This document shows, piece by piece, positions 54,089 through 64,000 of a DNA stretch of 64,000 nucleotides (position 1 is its first letter; the number at the start of each line of letters is the position of its first letter). The position numbers and the translations under genes are program-made. Source of the stretch: a virus. Its lineage: Duplodnaviria; Caudoviricetes. The DNA lies in the IMG/VR virus record IMGVR_UViG_3300043432_000485, positions 64,001-128,000 of that record. One strand, written 5' to 3'. The notes beneath the pieces are model-generated. The model was given only the letters and a program-made list of their open reading frames with translations, was not told the DNA's origin and did no database searches.

Positions 54089-56707
54089 TTAGACGGCCCT
54101 CTTGTTCAGTAGCAAACCCTTAATTCGGAAGATACTTGCAGTAGTGGTATTCCCTGGGCTCGAATCAAAGTACACGCCATTGGTTTCGTCGAAGAGCGCG
54201 TAGCGTGTGATCAAGACCAGCACCAACTGACCTTTGTGGCCCAATACGCTGTCTGCCGCAAGCTCGGCCAACAGAGGAAGCACGTTCTTGTGTCGATCCG
54301 GATTGCTCAAGTCCTGAGCGTAAGCGTTGGGAATGTAGCCAGGAGGCACGGAAGAGAAGAAAGATCGGCCTTCCACATCACCGATTACGAGGCCTGTGAA
54401 AACCAGGGCTTCTGGATTGGCAACCATCGGAACGTAGACCGGAAGCTTCAACATGCCAGTCATTGCGTTGAAGTCAGCTACTGAGATTTCAGCGCTAGCT
54501 GCAAGCTCGCTCTCGCCCGAGTAAGGCAGAGTAGAAAGAACACCGCCGGTCTGCACATACGAAGTCGCGTACGGGTATGCCTCATCCTGGGAGCCCGAAC
54601 CAGCCGTGAAAGAGTACATCTGCTGACTTACTAGCTTGGGCACTATCGAGAAGGGGCTGGACAACGAAGAAAATCTAGCCATCTGCGGCGCAGCAGCTCG
54701 ATAGTAAACGGCCATCTGTACCTCAGGCAAAGACGGGGTCAGAGCTGGGGGCTGTGGCATAGGCCTGAGCGCTGTATAAGTGATGGTTACAGTCGCATTG
54801 ACAGCCGGTACAGCATTTAGGGTCACGACACGGCCAGATGCGTCCACAGTCCCACTAGTAGCTGATGCAGGAACACAGACCACTGTTACCGTTGGGGTGC
54901 TGACTCGTTCAGGCAATAATGCGGTATTGGTCGGAGCCGTGCCGGCTCGATAGGCAAAAGAAATGCTGCTGGTCACATACTCCAGATGCGCTTCACGATG
55001 CGGGAAATCCAGCTCCCGCGCCGCCATCGCCGAGTACGACACTGGGGATGCTGTCAACGAAGGCACCAACGAGGGGTCAGTGGTCGTGAAAGCGAAGCTG
55101 TTGTTTCCGTAGTCTTGAATCGGGGTACGAGACAATCCGACTCCAGTCGGATACCCAACCAACAGGGTCACGTACAGAATTTCATTGTGACTCAGGCCGA
55201 GCGCTGTAATGAGGCCGAAGGTAATGTTCACTGGCACCACAGGGGCGGAACCCAATCCACTTACCCCGGCAACATATGGCTCAGCATCAAGATACTTGCT
55301 GTTCGCAGCCGTACCCGACCAATGAAGACTTACCACATCCAGAATTTGGACATCAGCTGGGGCAAAAGCCGCCCAGTTGTATGCAACGTAGGGGTACACG
55401 GTCAAGGCCGTTGGATCTATGATCACCGTGTCAGCATCCGTCCAAGTGCCTCCACCAGGACGTGGAAGAGCCACCGTGACAGTCTCCACGATAGCACGAT
55501 CGGAAAAACGACGCCGAATAGCATCGAATTCTCCAACGAGTGGACCACCCGGAGTTGTACCTGAAGTAGGTGACGTGCCACCGTTCACCGTTGAGATACC
55601 AATCTCGTCTTCCATCAGGAGAGTGGTACCAGAACTACCGCCTCCACCCGAGAACGAACCGATCTCGGTTCGCATAGAATTATCGAGCACCAAATTGACG
55701 TTCTTCTCCAACAACTCGGCAAGGTCCCAGCCAGTTGAAGACACTCCTTGGCGAAGATCCACAAGATCCGTAGCCGCAATGATGTCACTGAGCAGACCAT
55801 CCGGGCGATCTGAAGGACCGGGAGATGCTACGCCCCCGTTCTGATTATTGACCCGATTGAACGCGGTGGTGTTACGTCGGAACACGGCCAACAGAGGGAC
55901 CGCGTACATGTATCCATCAACCGTCCCAAGAGTATTGGTCGGATTCCCATCACCCGCGACCCACAACCCAGGGTCACCCGCCAAAGACTGGTTCACGTAG
56001 GTGAAGATTGTAGCAACACCGTTGGGGGTTGCAGCGTTTGTCGGAACGGAGAATGCTACAACCGCGGGATCCTCTAGACCGTATGGGTACGTGAATATGT
56101 CCACGCCCGTCACGACTCGGAGACGATACTGAATCTGAACACGCTTGGTGGTCTCAGCTCCAACCGCAGTATCCAAGATGTCATCTGGAAAGTTGAGGCT
56201 GAGGTCATCCGCCGGACTGGTAGTGACATTGCCTTGTTGCCAGATACGAGCAGTGGCGCTCTTACCCACCGTAGAGGGAGACGCAGAGAGTAGACGACGG
56301 AACACTTCAAGGATCACCAGATCTGTGCGCTTGGAGCCAGCTCCAGCAGGCCCAGCAGTCAAGTCCAACTGATTGAACCCGTTAGCATAGGAGTTGCGAA
56401 TATCCAACAACCAGCCATTCACGTGAGCCTTCAAGCCGTTCGGAATCTTGAGGGCGTTAGCACTCACTACGGGGGTGAAAACCGCCCCCACCGGGTCAGA
56501 CGTCGTCAGAAAATCATCAGACATCCACCCAGAGGGCATAGCTCTGCGCAGATCTTCTTGAGCCGCTCCGCCGTCCAGATCCTGGCTGAGATTCAGCTCC
56601 TTATCCAGGATCGGCTTACCAGCTTGAGTGACTACTGTCTCCCAAGACCTTCCGTCTGGAATGAGGTAACCGCTTACCGCCGGGCCATAATTTTTGTTGG
56701 TGGTCAT
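54089..56707 (-). CDS. virion structural protein, paralogue of 41759-46141
   Basis: Shared blocks QAGKP..D.ELN, ETTKRVQIQYRLRVV, GDPGLW.AGDG..LGTVDGY.YAVP..AVFRRN and RPDGL.SD.I...D..DLR. Confidence 0.7.
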   Translation of the reverse strand: MTTNKNYGPAVSGYLIPDGRSWETVVTQAGKPILDKELNLSQDLDGGAAQEDLRRAMPSGWMSDDFLTTSDPVGAVFTPVVSANALKIPNGLKAHVNGWLLDIRNSYANGFNQLDLTAGPAGAGSKRTDLVILEVFRRLLSASPSTVGKSATARIWQQGNVTTSPADDLSLNFPDDILDTAVGAETTKRVQIQYRLRVVTGVDIFTYPYGLEDPAVVAFSVPTNAATPNGVATIFTYVNQSLAGDPGLWVAGDGNPTNTLGTVDGYMYAVPLLAVFRRNTTAFNRVNNQNGGVASPGPSDRPDGLLSDIIAATDLVDLRQGVSSTGWDLAELLEKNVNLVLDNSMRTEIGSFSGGGGSSGTTLLMEDEIGISTVNGGTSPTSGTTPGGPLVGEFDAIRRRFSDRAIVETVTVALPRPGGGTWTDADTVIIDPTALTVYPYVAYNWAAFAPADVQILDVVSLHWSGTAANSKYLDAEPYVAGVSGLGSAPVVPVNITFGLITALGLSHNEILYVTLLVGYPTGVGLSRTPIQDYGNNSFAFTTTDPSLVPSLTASPVSYSAMAARELDFPHREAHLEYVTSSISFAYRAGTAPTNTALLPERVSTPTVTVVCVPASATSGTVDASGRVVTLNAVPAVNATVTITYTALRPMPQPPALTPSLPEVQMAVYYRAAAPQMARFSSLSSPFSIVPKLVSQQMYSFTAGSGSQDEAYPYATSYVQTGGVLSTLPYSGESELAASAEISVADFNAMTGMLKLPVYVPMVANPEALVFTGLVIGDVEGRSFFSSVPPGYIPNAYAQDLSNPDRHKNVLPLLAELAADSVLGHKGQLVLVLITRYALFDETNGVYFDSSPGNTTTASIFRIKGLLLNKRAV

Positions 56708-56723
56708 GCTGCTCGATTACCTC

Positions 56724-57371
56724 TTAGAAAGTGAGCCGCCACACAATCGTCAACGTGGACGTCGCTGGCTTATTGATGACCGCGAACGTCAGGTAGTTGA
56801 TCTGGGTGTCGAACAAAGTCAGGTTTACCGTCGGATCATAGGACCCGTTTGGAGGGAGCACTGGATTCCTGACGCTCATGTTCGTGGAGATGTTCCCGCC
56901 TAAAAGCCCCATCTCTACGAGTGGTCCCACCGCCTCAGATTCCGCGAAAGTGGTTGTGAAGTCCACGACCTTTGTTGGAATCGAGGTTGGGACACCAGCC
57001 CCGTCGATGAATTGGGTGTTGGCGAAGGTCTTACGAGCCAACTCGGAGTACAGAGAACGCTGGGTGTTGGTGGGAGCCGGAGGGCTCTGAAGGTTCCAGC
57101 CCGTGTCCCCGGTGCCTACCGCGAGAGCCAAGATACCGTGAGGGGGCTCACTGTTGTCCTTCATGAGCCTAGCGATCAAGATCGATGCGTCCAGGACCAC
57201 AAGATTGCGCAGTTCCCGGTGCTCCTGCACCTCTTGAGTCTGACCGTCGCGAAGGGTTAGGAAGACGTCGCCACGGATGTAGTAGCGCCCAAAATCCTCT
57301 TGATTCACGCTACGTACAGCGAAAGCAGGAGCCAACTCCTGTGGGGGACGTACAGTTTCATGACCCTTCAT
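56724..57371 (-). CDS. putative baseplate or tail protein
   Basis: LAVGTGD...ELARK...TT.F...EA.G.L.EMGL.GG...L.I.W.L.F pattern, within the tail cluster. Confidence 0.65.
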   Translation of the reverse strand: MKGHETVRPPQELAPAFAVRSVNQEDFGRYYIRGDVFLTLRDGQTQEVQEHRELRNLVVLDASILIARLMKDNSEPPHGILALAVGTGDTGWNLQSPPAPTNTQRSLYSELARKTFANTQFIDGAGVPTSIPTKVVDFTTTFAESEAVGPLVEMGLLGGNISTNMSVRNPVLPPNGSYDPTVNLTLFDTQINYLTFAVINKPATSTLTIVWRLTF

Positions 57372-57388
57372 TTTACATCTCTCCTTGA

Positions 57389-57406
57389 GGTGAGGTAAGC
57401 CTCACC
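57389..57406 (-). promoter_or_regulatory. perfect 7-bp hairpin 5' of SD
   Basis: GGTGAGG-CTTA-CCTCACC with no U-tract, followed by AAGGAG of the 57371 gene. Confidence 0.4.
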
Positions 57407-57437
57407 AAACCAGTCATCACATAAGAGAAAACGGTAA

Positions 57438-60380
57438 TCAGAGCACAGTGCCGGTAGCCGCCACGCTGGCCGAACCAGCCATCGTAGCTTGAGAAGCCAA
57501 AAGGACATTCGCGGAGCTAGCCACGTCTGCCTCACCGTCCATGAAAATTTCCAGGTAGGTTCTGCTCGTGGTGTTCCCTGGGGGGATAGGTGCCGGAGCG
57601 GTGGCCCACCCAATGAGCCCGTTGTTCAAGTCTGGAGCTACACCAGACGGGTTGGAGATCACCACGCTGGATCCAGAAATGAACGCGGTGATCAAGAATG
57701 ACCCGTTGTTGGCTGGGGTATTTGCTCCGTAAATGGTCACAGTATTACCCACATCACTTGCTGCCATACCAACGAGCCCGGTAAGGGTCAAAAACCCGGG
57801 GGCCGCAGGAAGAATGTTTGAGAGTCCTCCAGATTTGAGTACCGCCGCCGTAATGAAGCCTGGAGGCTTGACCCAAGTGATGGCCCCATTGTTTGCGTCC
57901 GGGGCACCTACACCAAAAGGGTTGACAATCTGCACACTTGTGGGGTCCAGGAATGCCACTATTTTAAATGTTCCATTATTTCCAGAATACCCAGCCCCAG
58001 AAAGGGTCAAGAATCCCCCTAAAGAGATCACCGGAGACATCCCAGATAATCCGGTCAATGTGCCGATAGGGACAGGAGGGGACAGGGGCATCAATGGATC
58101 AACCCCAACAGTGAACCCTGAGATGCTGGCTGTAGCTCCCGTATAGGGTGTATCGGAGTTGAGCAGGTTATTGTTGAACAGGCGCCAGCTCGTGATGTTC
58201 AGCAGAGATACACGGGTAAGGTCCCAAGTCTCCGCGAGCGTGATGTCACAAATCGAATCCACAGGAGGGGGCACATGCTCGGTAGTCGAGGTGTCTGGGC
58301 CTCCTGGCACCGGGGCTGGCATGGTCAGCTCGAACTTGGCATCAACCATCCGCGGGAAAGCTGCCCACAGCGCCGCGTCTGAATTCAGGGTCGTGATCGG
58401 CGGAACATAGGGAATTGGGTCGATTCCTGCCCACTGGGCAGGGGTCCAGCTCGAAAGACCGAAGGTGACCAAGACTGGAGGGTCGATTGGCTGCGGCGGG
58501 TGGTACTCGTCAAAGGCACGGGTGCAAACGTCCACTTCTTCCACCTGAATGATGGAGTTGGGTGCCGAGTTTTGGAGTGCCGGAGAAAAGAATACCAAAC
58601 CTCCATGAATTCCATATAGTCCGTTTTGAACCTCGCCCGAAAAATCAGTAACTGAGACCTGCGTCCGAAGCGCGTTCTCCACCCACTGGAACACAGACGT
58701 GTTGGGGCTCAAAGCGACTAAAGCAGCGGTTACGATTCCTGGGTCAGTAGTGACTTGATAGTGCCGCTCATCTACTAGGTTCTCACCGAGGAGCAGCACC
58801 GTGGACCTGGTGTTGCTAGACTGCTCAGCCACCACAGACAGGATCGAGATCGCGGTGCCGTTTAAATCTGTGAGCTGATACTTCGCTGGGTCTGTCAATG
58901 CTGAATTCTGCAGCATCACATCTGAGAACACTACTCGAACCCTGGTTTTGCTCGTAGCAACCGCGAATAGCGTAGGAGAGGCAGGGACACCTACGAAGGA
59001 TTGAGACGCTAGATACGGGCTTAGAGGTTGTCCGAAGTACCCCCTAGCAGATCCAATCGTGACCGTGTACAAAGGACCAGTCAAAGGATCCGTATTCAAC
59101 AGGACTGACTGGGTGCTCTCTATTGAGATAGAGTGGATCGTGACTAGCGGAGAAATGGAGTAGTTGAACAGGGCCAGTAACCCTGGGAATCCTACGTCAA
59201 ACATGTCCGTGTACCGCACACGGACCAAGGTCTGAGACAATGCTTCTGCCGACAACAAACCGTAGGGCGGACGAGTGCCTCCGTACGGACTATTACCATA
59301 CCCGTCTTCACCCCACTCACCAAGGGTTAGAGGATCTGCATTAAGGTCCGATCCTCCAGAAAGGGTCGCGGTGATTTCTATGCGGACATAGTTTGGGCTT
59401 GGGGACAAAGAGGATGAACCGGCCATCGTGGCCTGTGCATTTCTTGACACTTTGGTGTTGGCAACAACTGCCGCTATGCCCTGCATGCTGGCAGTGACCA
59501 ACGATATAGGGTTAGCTATACCAAGGATCGAGTTACCTGCCATGGCAGAGGTAATCGCAATCGGAAGTGAGGAGGCGGACATGGCGGAGGAACCGTCCAT
59601 GGAGACCGCGGCTGCAAGCTTATTCCCCGCTGATGCGACTACCGTAGCAGTGGCATCAGCGGACCCACTAACGCTATATGTAGCAGTGGCATCCTGAGAG
59701 AAAGAAGCAAATCCCTGAGGATTAGAGTCGATCCTGTTTTGATCTGCCGCTTGAGAAGAAGAGCCAGCCATTACAGAAGTGCCAGCAGCGATCAGAGAAG
59801 CGGTGGCCGAAACCGCGGATGATCCTGCAGCAGTTGCATTGAATAGTTCGGACAGTTGAGGACTCAAGTTAGAGTCGCCAGGCATCACCGAAGTGACGTT
59901 CTCCCCTAGGGGGCCAGACAAAGAGGAGGTAGCGGGTGCTGTGGCAGTGGCACTGTAAGCTACTGTTGGGGCGGAAGTCTGAGAGGCACTGCCGGCCGCT
60001 GTCATAGCGCCAGCATAGGAAGCAGTCGGGTCGGCAGTCTGAGAAGAGCTGCCAGCTGCCGTCATAGATACAGAATAGGAAGCATCGGCAGTCTGAGAAG
60101 AGCTGCCAGCTGCTGTCATGGAACCAGCGTAGGATGCCGTCGGGCTGGCAGCCTGAGACGAACTGCCGGCCGCTGTCATAGCGCCAGCATAGGAGGCAGT
60201 TAGAGAAGAAGTCTGAGACGAACTACCGGCTGCCGCCACAGCACCAGCGTAGGAGGCAGCCGGGTCAGCAGTCTGAGAAGAGCTGCCAGCTGCTGTCAAA
60301 GTTCCAGCATATACCACATCTGGGGCGGCAGACTGGGAAGAGTCTCCTGGTAGGTTTGCATCTATCTCTACGATTGCCAT
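57438..60380 (-). CDS. Ala/Ser/Thr-rich repeat virion protein with Ig-like modules
   Basis: 20-aa N-terminal repeats, central beta-sandwich-like segments and two NNG..I..F repeats. Confidence 0.7.
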   Translation of the reverse strand: MAIVEIDANLPGDSSQSAAPDVVYAGTLTAAGSSSQTADPAASYAGAVAAAGSSSQTSSLTASYAGAMTAAGSSSQAASPTASYAGSMTAAGSSSQTADASYSVSMTAAGSSSQTADPTASYAGAMTAAGSASQTSAPTVAYSATATAPATSSLSGPLGENVTSVMPGDSNLSPQLSELFNATAAGSSAVSATASLIAAGTSVMAGSSSQAADQNRIDSNPQGFASFSQDATATYSVSGSADATATVVASAGNKLAAAVSMDGSSAMSASSLPIAITSAMAGNSILGIANPISLVTASMQGIAAVVANTKVSRNAQATMAGSSSLSPSPNYVRIEITATLSGGSDLNADPLTLGEWGEDGYGNSPYGGTRPPYGLLSAEALSQTLVRVRYTDMFDVGFPGLLALFNYSISPLVTIHSISIESTQSVLLNTDPLTGPLYTVTIGSARGYFGQPLSPYLASQSFVGVPASPTLFAVATSKTRVRVVFSDVMLQNSALTDPAKYQLTDLNGTAISILSVVAEQSSNTRSTVLLLGENLVDERHYQVTTDPGIVTAALVALSPNTSVFQWVENALRTQVSVTDFSGEVQNGLYGIHGGLVFFSPALQNSAPNSIIQVEEVDVCTRAFDEYHPPQPIDPPVLVTFGLSSWTPAQWAGIDPIPYVPPITTLNSDAALWAAFPRMVDAKFELTMPAPVPGGPDTSTTEHVPPPVDSICDITLAETWDLTRVSLLNITSWRLFNNNLLNSDTPYTGATASISGFTVGVDPLMPLSPPVPIGTLTGLSGMSPVISLGGFLTLSGAGYSGNNGTFKIVAFLDPTSVQIVNPFGVGAPDANNGAITWVKPPGFITAAVLKSGGLSNILPAAPGFLTLTGLVGMAASDVGNTVTIYGANTPANNGSFLITAFISGSSVVISNPSGVAPDLNNGLIGWATAPAPIPPGNTTSRTYLEIFMDGEADVASSANVLLASQATMAGSASVAATGTVL
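59937..60350 (-). repeat. about 7 tandem 60-nt (20-aa) coding repeats
   Basis: AGSSSQTADPxASYAGAMTA consensus; one copy has an in-frame 6-nt deletion. Confidence 0.9.
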
Positions 60381-60394
60381 TGCTTCACCCTTGC

Positions 60395-63300
60395 TTAGCT
60401 ATCGATGAAGATTTGGATGGAGGAAGTACCAGGGTCCCGTACAAGCCGGTAGTCATGGTATGCCCCGTCATAGAAATCAAACGGGATGCCTCCTACGGTT
60501 CTTCCGTTATTCAAGTCCACAGCCAATACATAGCGCTCCCCGAGAGGAGTGGTCACAAAAGCCAGACCAATAGTCACTCCCGGAGACGAGAATCCAACCC
60601 TGGCCTGACTGTCACCCAAACCTCCTGAAGAGTCCAGGAGGAGCTTCAGCCTGAACTTGACCTCGGTCTGCAAACCTATGGCGTCTGGAAGTGGGGTATT
60701 GTTCCTGTACGTGGTGCGCGTTCCGGTGGCATCCGTTCCATACGTCAGGACTCCAGCAAACGCAGACGCAAACTGGTGCGCAGGATTGTCGCTAGCTCGC
60801 GTCCAAGGGGACGCGGCGGTGGTGTCATTCTCCGGAAGGGTTGCTGCATCGTAGGTCAAGCACACCGTGTTCTGGAACGACAGAGGGCTAGAGGCAGGCC
60901 AGAATGTCGGTTCACACTCGTCATCGAATGGAGCGATCAAACCCGAGGCGCCGGTGGGGGTCTCAATCACCTGCAGACTGTTGTACAGGACGTCATCCGG
61001 AACCAGGATCTCAATCCTCTGGGCCGCATTGTTCAACAGGAATCCCGCACTATTGAGTACGTCTTCGGGCCTGTTGAGCCCCGCTATAGAAACGAGCACA
61101 GGGGTGGGGCGCCGCACCTCGTATGTCTGCGTTGAAGGCACCAAAGGTGTTTGGTCATTCAACAACGTGTAGGCTACGACATTCGTGTTTCTGAGCAGGT
61201 CCGGTTCAGCCTGAGGAGGCACACCTTCAGACTCGCTCCAGTAATCAGTGTGCGTATGGGCGATGTTCGTACGATGGTGCTCGAAGCTCGCCATGATGTT
61301 GCGCTGATTCAATATCTGGTGATGAGGCACAACCCCCAATGCAGACACCGAACGGACGGCCCCGTACCTGACGTAATCCCAGCTAGATTGAGAAAGGTTG
61401 GCAGGGTCAAATGCTCCCCACACGATCGAAGGGAGACCGCCAGATAGCACCCGCGCTATCCCTGCCCCACTCGGGGGAAGGTCAAGCGTGTTGTACTCGG
61501 CATGGATGAAGGGTTGGGTCACAGCGTCAAAGAAGACTGATACCCCTCCATCTGGGTCTTTCACGATTCGATACCGGTGGGCTGATGACCAATCGGTCTC
61601 AACTACTATGCGGTAGTCCACCACAGAAGGCTGGGAGGGGAAGCTGGGGGCCGTCGTAACAGAGGTGGCACCCACAGACGCGATTGTGTACACCCCTTTA
61701 TTGTCCCCAGTGTCGACCACTACCCGGTCGCCAATCTGGACTCCATTGGTCACAAAATCAGCCTGAGAATCCTGCAACACGTTGCCACTCACAGAGGCGC
61801 CTCGGCCAGCTGTCCGAAGAGGCAAATGGTACCCAGTCAAAGAGTTAGGATCATAGCCCTTCCACAACCCCACGTACTTCTTGACCGGATTGACACGCCA
61901 GAAGTTAGCGTATGCCCACAACACTGAGGACAATGACTGGACACTCAAGGGCGTGGCAGAACCAAAGGAGACCAGGCCGGTGACTGAAGAGGGAGTCACT
62001 GTGAAGTTGCTGTACGGAGTTGCTCCCAAGAAGGTGCCATCCACGAACAAGCTGACCAGGTCTCCGCCTGTGGACTTGACTGCTCGATACGTGTGAAATT
62101 CCCCATCTAACCAATCGAATGCGAACTGCCCGCCCGGAACCAGATTGCCGTCTGAATGAAGTTCCACGTAACGCAGTCCCGCAATCTCCGTGAGCTGGAT
62201 CCCGACTGAGCGGAGGCTGTCGTAAACCGAGGACATCACGCCCGCGAATCCAACCACGTCCGTTGTGTAGCTCAACACCTGGGCACGGAATTCCAAGATG
62301 TAGTCCGTGGTTGAACCAACGACACGGTTCGGGGATCCTATGATCTCGTTGTCGTCCAAGAAGTAGACAAGCCCGTCCGAAGTCGTGGTGTCGTCAATCT
62401 GGAGGTACTGACCAATCATTGTTGGGGTGGCCCCACCAGATTGACTCCACAGATACGGGGTAAATTGGTTAGGTAAAGCTCTCCCTCCGTAGCTGAACTT
62501 GGGGGATGCGGTGTCTGGGAAAAAGCTCAGCTGAATGAGCCGATCCCCATCATCGATTGCTGCCATCACGGCATTCGGGGTGATCCCGTGGGTAAACGTC
62601 CGGAGCGCCACGTTGACATCTAGCACTGTGTCAAAGGACTCAGACAACAGTGGCTCGATGCGAGAGTACCCCTTGAAGTCTCCACTGATCAGCCCAGCGC
62701 TGGATTCAGACGGTAGGTCCGTGGCACTGGTTGAGTCCAACAGCAGGGACACCCCAGACTGAATGGTCTCTGTGCCGTGGAAGCCGACTGGAGTCCACGG
62801 CTGGGACGCTGACTCAGGAGAAGTGGTTCCCTCATATGCCACGAACACCGAGGGGGCTGTCTGAAGAGGGTTGATCGGGATCGCCGTGTAACGAACGAAG
62901 CTCCACGTGGACGTGCTTTCAGCAGTCCGGGACAAGGACCCGAAGAAAGCCCCCTGCAGCTCGTTGAAAGGGGCGTTCAGCTCCTCTAGGAAAGGCAGTT
63001 CCGCCGGAAGGACTCTCAACGTAGGAACGATGGAGCCGTCCACATAGACATTGATGATGCCAGTGCGCTCTCTGAATACGCGGTAGCTCCTGACAATGGA
63101 CCAATCCAAATCTGATGGCAACCCAGTGGGGGAACCAGTCCCATCTAGTCCCCCAGTCCATGCAGAAACAGATGACGGATCATTACCGAAACCGGCCTTC
63201 AGTATGCCAAACTTTTTGGAGCCATCCTTCAGGAAGCCAATCACAACGGCCTTCTGTCCATCGGAGTAGCCGGCCGATACCCCAGTGAACACCCCCTCTG

Positions 63301-64000
63301 TGGTTGGCGTAGCATTGATCTTCATGCGCCACGCAATCGCGTAAACGTGAGGGAAGGTCAGATCGAGTTCGTGGGACCAGAAAAGAGGGTCGCCCCCCGG
63401 AAATGGACCCGTGGTGTTGTCAACCACCACAAGGTCCGAGCCAACTATGGATGCTAAGCCTGAACCTTTTCGGATCCAAGGGTCTACCGGGTCCAACTCT
63501 GGGAGCACCGTACCCTGGTAGTTCACGAACGTTTCCTCCAACGTTCTGGACATCGGAGGGAACGCAATACGATGGTTCGGGGAGTTCAGCAAAAGCAGGC
63601 TAGGGTCGTTGAGCCCGACCGAGTAGGCCCTCTCGTACGCACGATACTTCAAGTCGCGTTGCTGTGGTTGCTCGATCTCCGCCCGCATGTCCAGGGCGAC
63701 AAACGAGGAGGGCTTGACCAGCGTATTGTTGTAGCGGTACTTGTGCCGAGACACGTCGTTCGGACGATTGTTGTCCCGGTTCCAGTTGTTAAGCCGAAAC
63801 TCCTGTGAGTTCAGTCTGCGGAAGTCCACCACCGGGTTGCAAATCCAAGAATAGTCAATCTCCACGGTATCAGTTGCACTTGGCACCGTGGGAAGAACCA
63901 CCTGACCCAACAAACCGATCACCGCATCGGGAGTGACAGGGATATTGTTGACGCGCACCACCACGTCTGCCGCATCATCCGCTATCTCACCATTTCTCGG
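60395..64000 (-). CDS. large virion protein (tail or baseplate, lectin-like modules), 5' truncated
   Basis: The frame stays open to the window edge (PRNGEIADDAADVVV...); repeated FHTYR/YHDYR...L.VDG beta-sandwich motifs. Confidence 0.7.
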   Translation of the reverse strand, partial: PRNGEIADDAADVVVRVNNIPVTPDAVIGLLGQVVLPTVPSATDTVEIDYSWICNPVVDFRRLNSQEFRLNNWNRDNNRPNDVSRHKYRYNNTLVKPSSFVALDMRAEIEQPQQRDLKYRAYERAYSVGLNDPSLLLLNSPNHRIAFPPMSRTLEETFVNYQGTVLPELDPVDPWIRKGSGLASIVGSDLVVVDNTTGPFPGGDPLFWSHELDLTFPHVYAIAWRMKINATPTTEGVFTGVSAGYSDGQKAVVIGFLKDGSKKFGILKAGFGNDPSSVSAWTGGLDGTGSPTGLPSDLDWSIVRSYRVFRERTGIINVYVDGSIVPTLRVLPAELPFLEELNAPFNELQGAFFGSLSRTAESTSTWSFVRYTAIPINPLQTAPSVFVAYEGTTSPESASQPWTPVGFHGTETIQSGVSLLLDSTSATDLPSESSAGLISGDFKGYSRIEPLLSESFDTVLDVNVALRTFTHGITPNAVMAAIDDGDRLIQLSFFPDTASPKFSYGGRALPNQFTPYLWSQSGGATPTMIGQYLQIDDTTTSDGLVYFLDDNEIIGSPNRVVGSTTDYILEFRAQVLSYTTDVVGFAGVMSSVYDSLRSVGIQLTEIAGLRYVELHSDGNLVPGGQFAFDWLDGEFHTYRAVKSTGGDLVSLFVDGTFLGATPYSNFTVTPSSVTGLVSFGSATPLSVQSLSSVLWAYANFWRVNPVKKYVGLWKGYDPNSLTGYHLPLRTAGRGASVSGNVLQDSQADFVTNGVQIGDRVVVDTGDNKGVYTIASVGATSVTTAPSFPSQPSVVDYRIVVETDWSSAHRYRIVKDPDGGVSVFFDAVTQPFIHAEYNTLDLPPSGAGIARVLSGGLPSIVWGAFDPANLSQSSWDYVRYGAVRSVSALGVVPHHQILNQRNIMASFEHHRTNIAHTHTDYWSESEGVPPQAEPDLLRNTNVVAYTLLNDQTPLVPSTQTYEVRRPTPVLVSIAGLNRPEDVLNSAGFLLNNAAQRIEILVPDDVLYNSLQVIETPTGASGLIAPFDDECEPTFWPASSPLSFQNTVCLTYDAATLPENDTTAASPWTRASDNPAHQFASAFAGVLTYGTDATGTRTTYRNNTPLPDAIGLQTEVKFRLKLLLDSSGGLGDSQARVGFSSPGVTIGLAFVTTPLGERYVLAVDLNNGRTVGGIPFDFYDGAYHDYRLVRDPGTSSIQIFIDS

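Noticed and set aside
1-64000. CRISPR array, tRNA or rRNA genes
   Set aside because: No repeat-spacer periodicity or cloverleaf motifs were seen, and almost no intergenic space exists.
1-64000. Stop-codon reassignment (seen in some jumbo phages)
   Set aside because: Genes are full length and tightly coupled under code 11, with TAG, TGA and TAA all ending genes.
3306-64000. Numerous + strand ORFs in the track
   Set aside because: They are antisense shadows of convincing - strand genes, with no recognisable motifs.

Overview
This is a densely coding segment of a large, probably jumbo, tailed dsDNA phage genome read in the standard genetic code. Only 197-3302 is on the + strand: thyA, dCMP deaminase, DHFR and small hypotheticals. 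Everything from 3306 to the window edge is on the - strand. In window order it holds: putative virion-internal proteins (HExxH metallopeptidases and a peptidase-topoisomerase IB fusion); nucleotide and counter-defence enzymes (DHH, Macro, SLOG, HAD nucleotidase, nitrilase, DUF1848, DUF4145); ClpX; a DUF2997-DUF1257-Ycf46-like AAA triad; a replication block (family A polymerase, stand-alone primase zinc finger, DnaB, inactivated DnaC-like protein, SNF2 helicase); a J-domain protein; two AdoMet decarboxylase paralogues; a probable lysis or membrane cassette; a secreted Gly-linker glycoside hydrolase; and large tail/baseplate genes, the last cut by the window edge. Six free-standing homing endonuclease genes are interspersed. 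I found no tRNA, rRNA or CRISPR array. The most notable signals are a V-x-x-R-[F/Y] peptide tag shared by unrelated proteins clustered around a ClpX with altered substrate loops, a GGTGTA element 9-12 nt upstream of many non-structural genes, the phage-borne Ycf46 triad, and the peptidase-TopoIB fusion. All family assignments come from recognising motifs by eye; no database searches were run.
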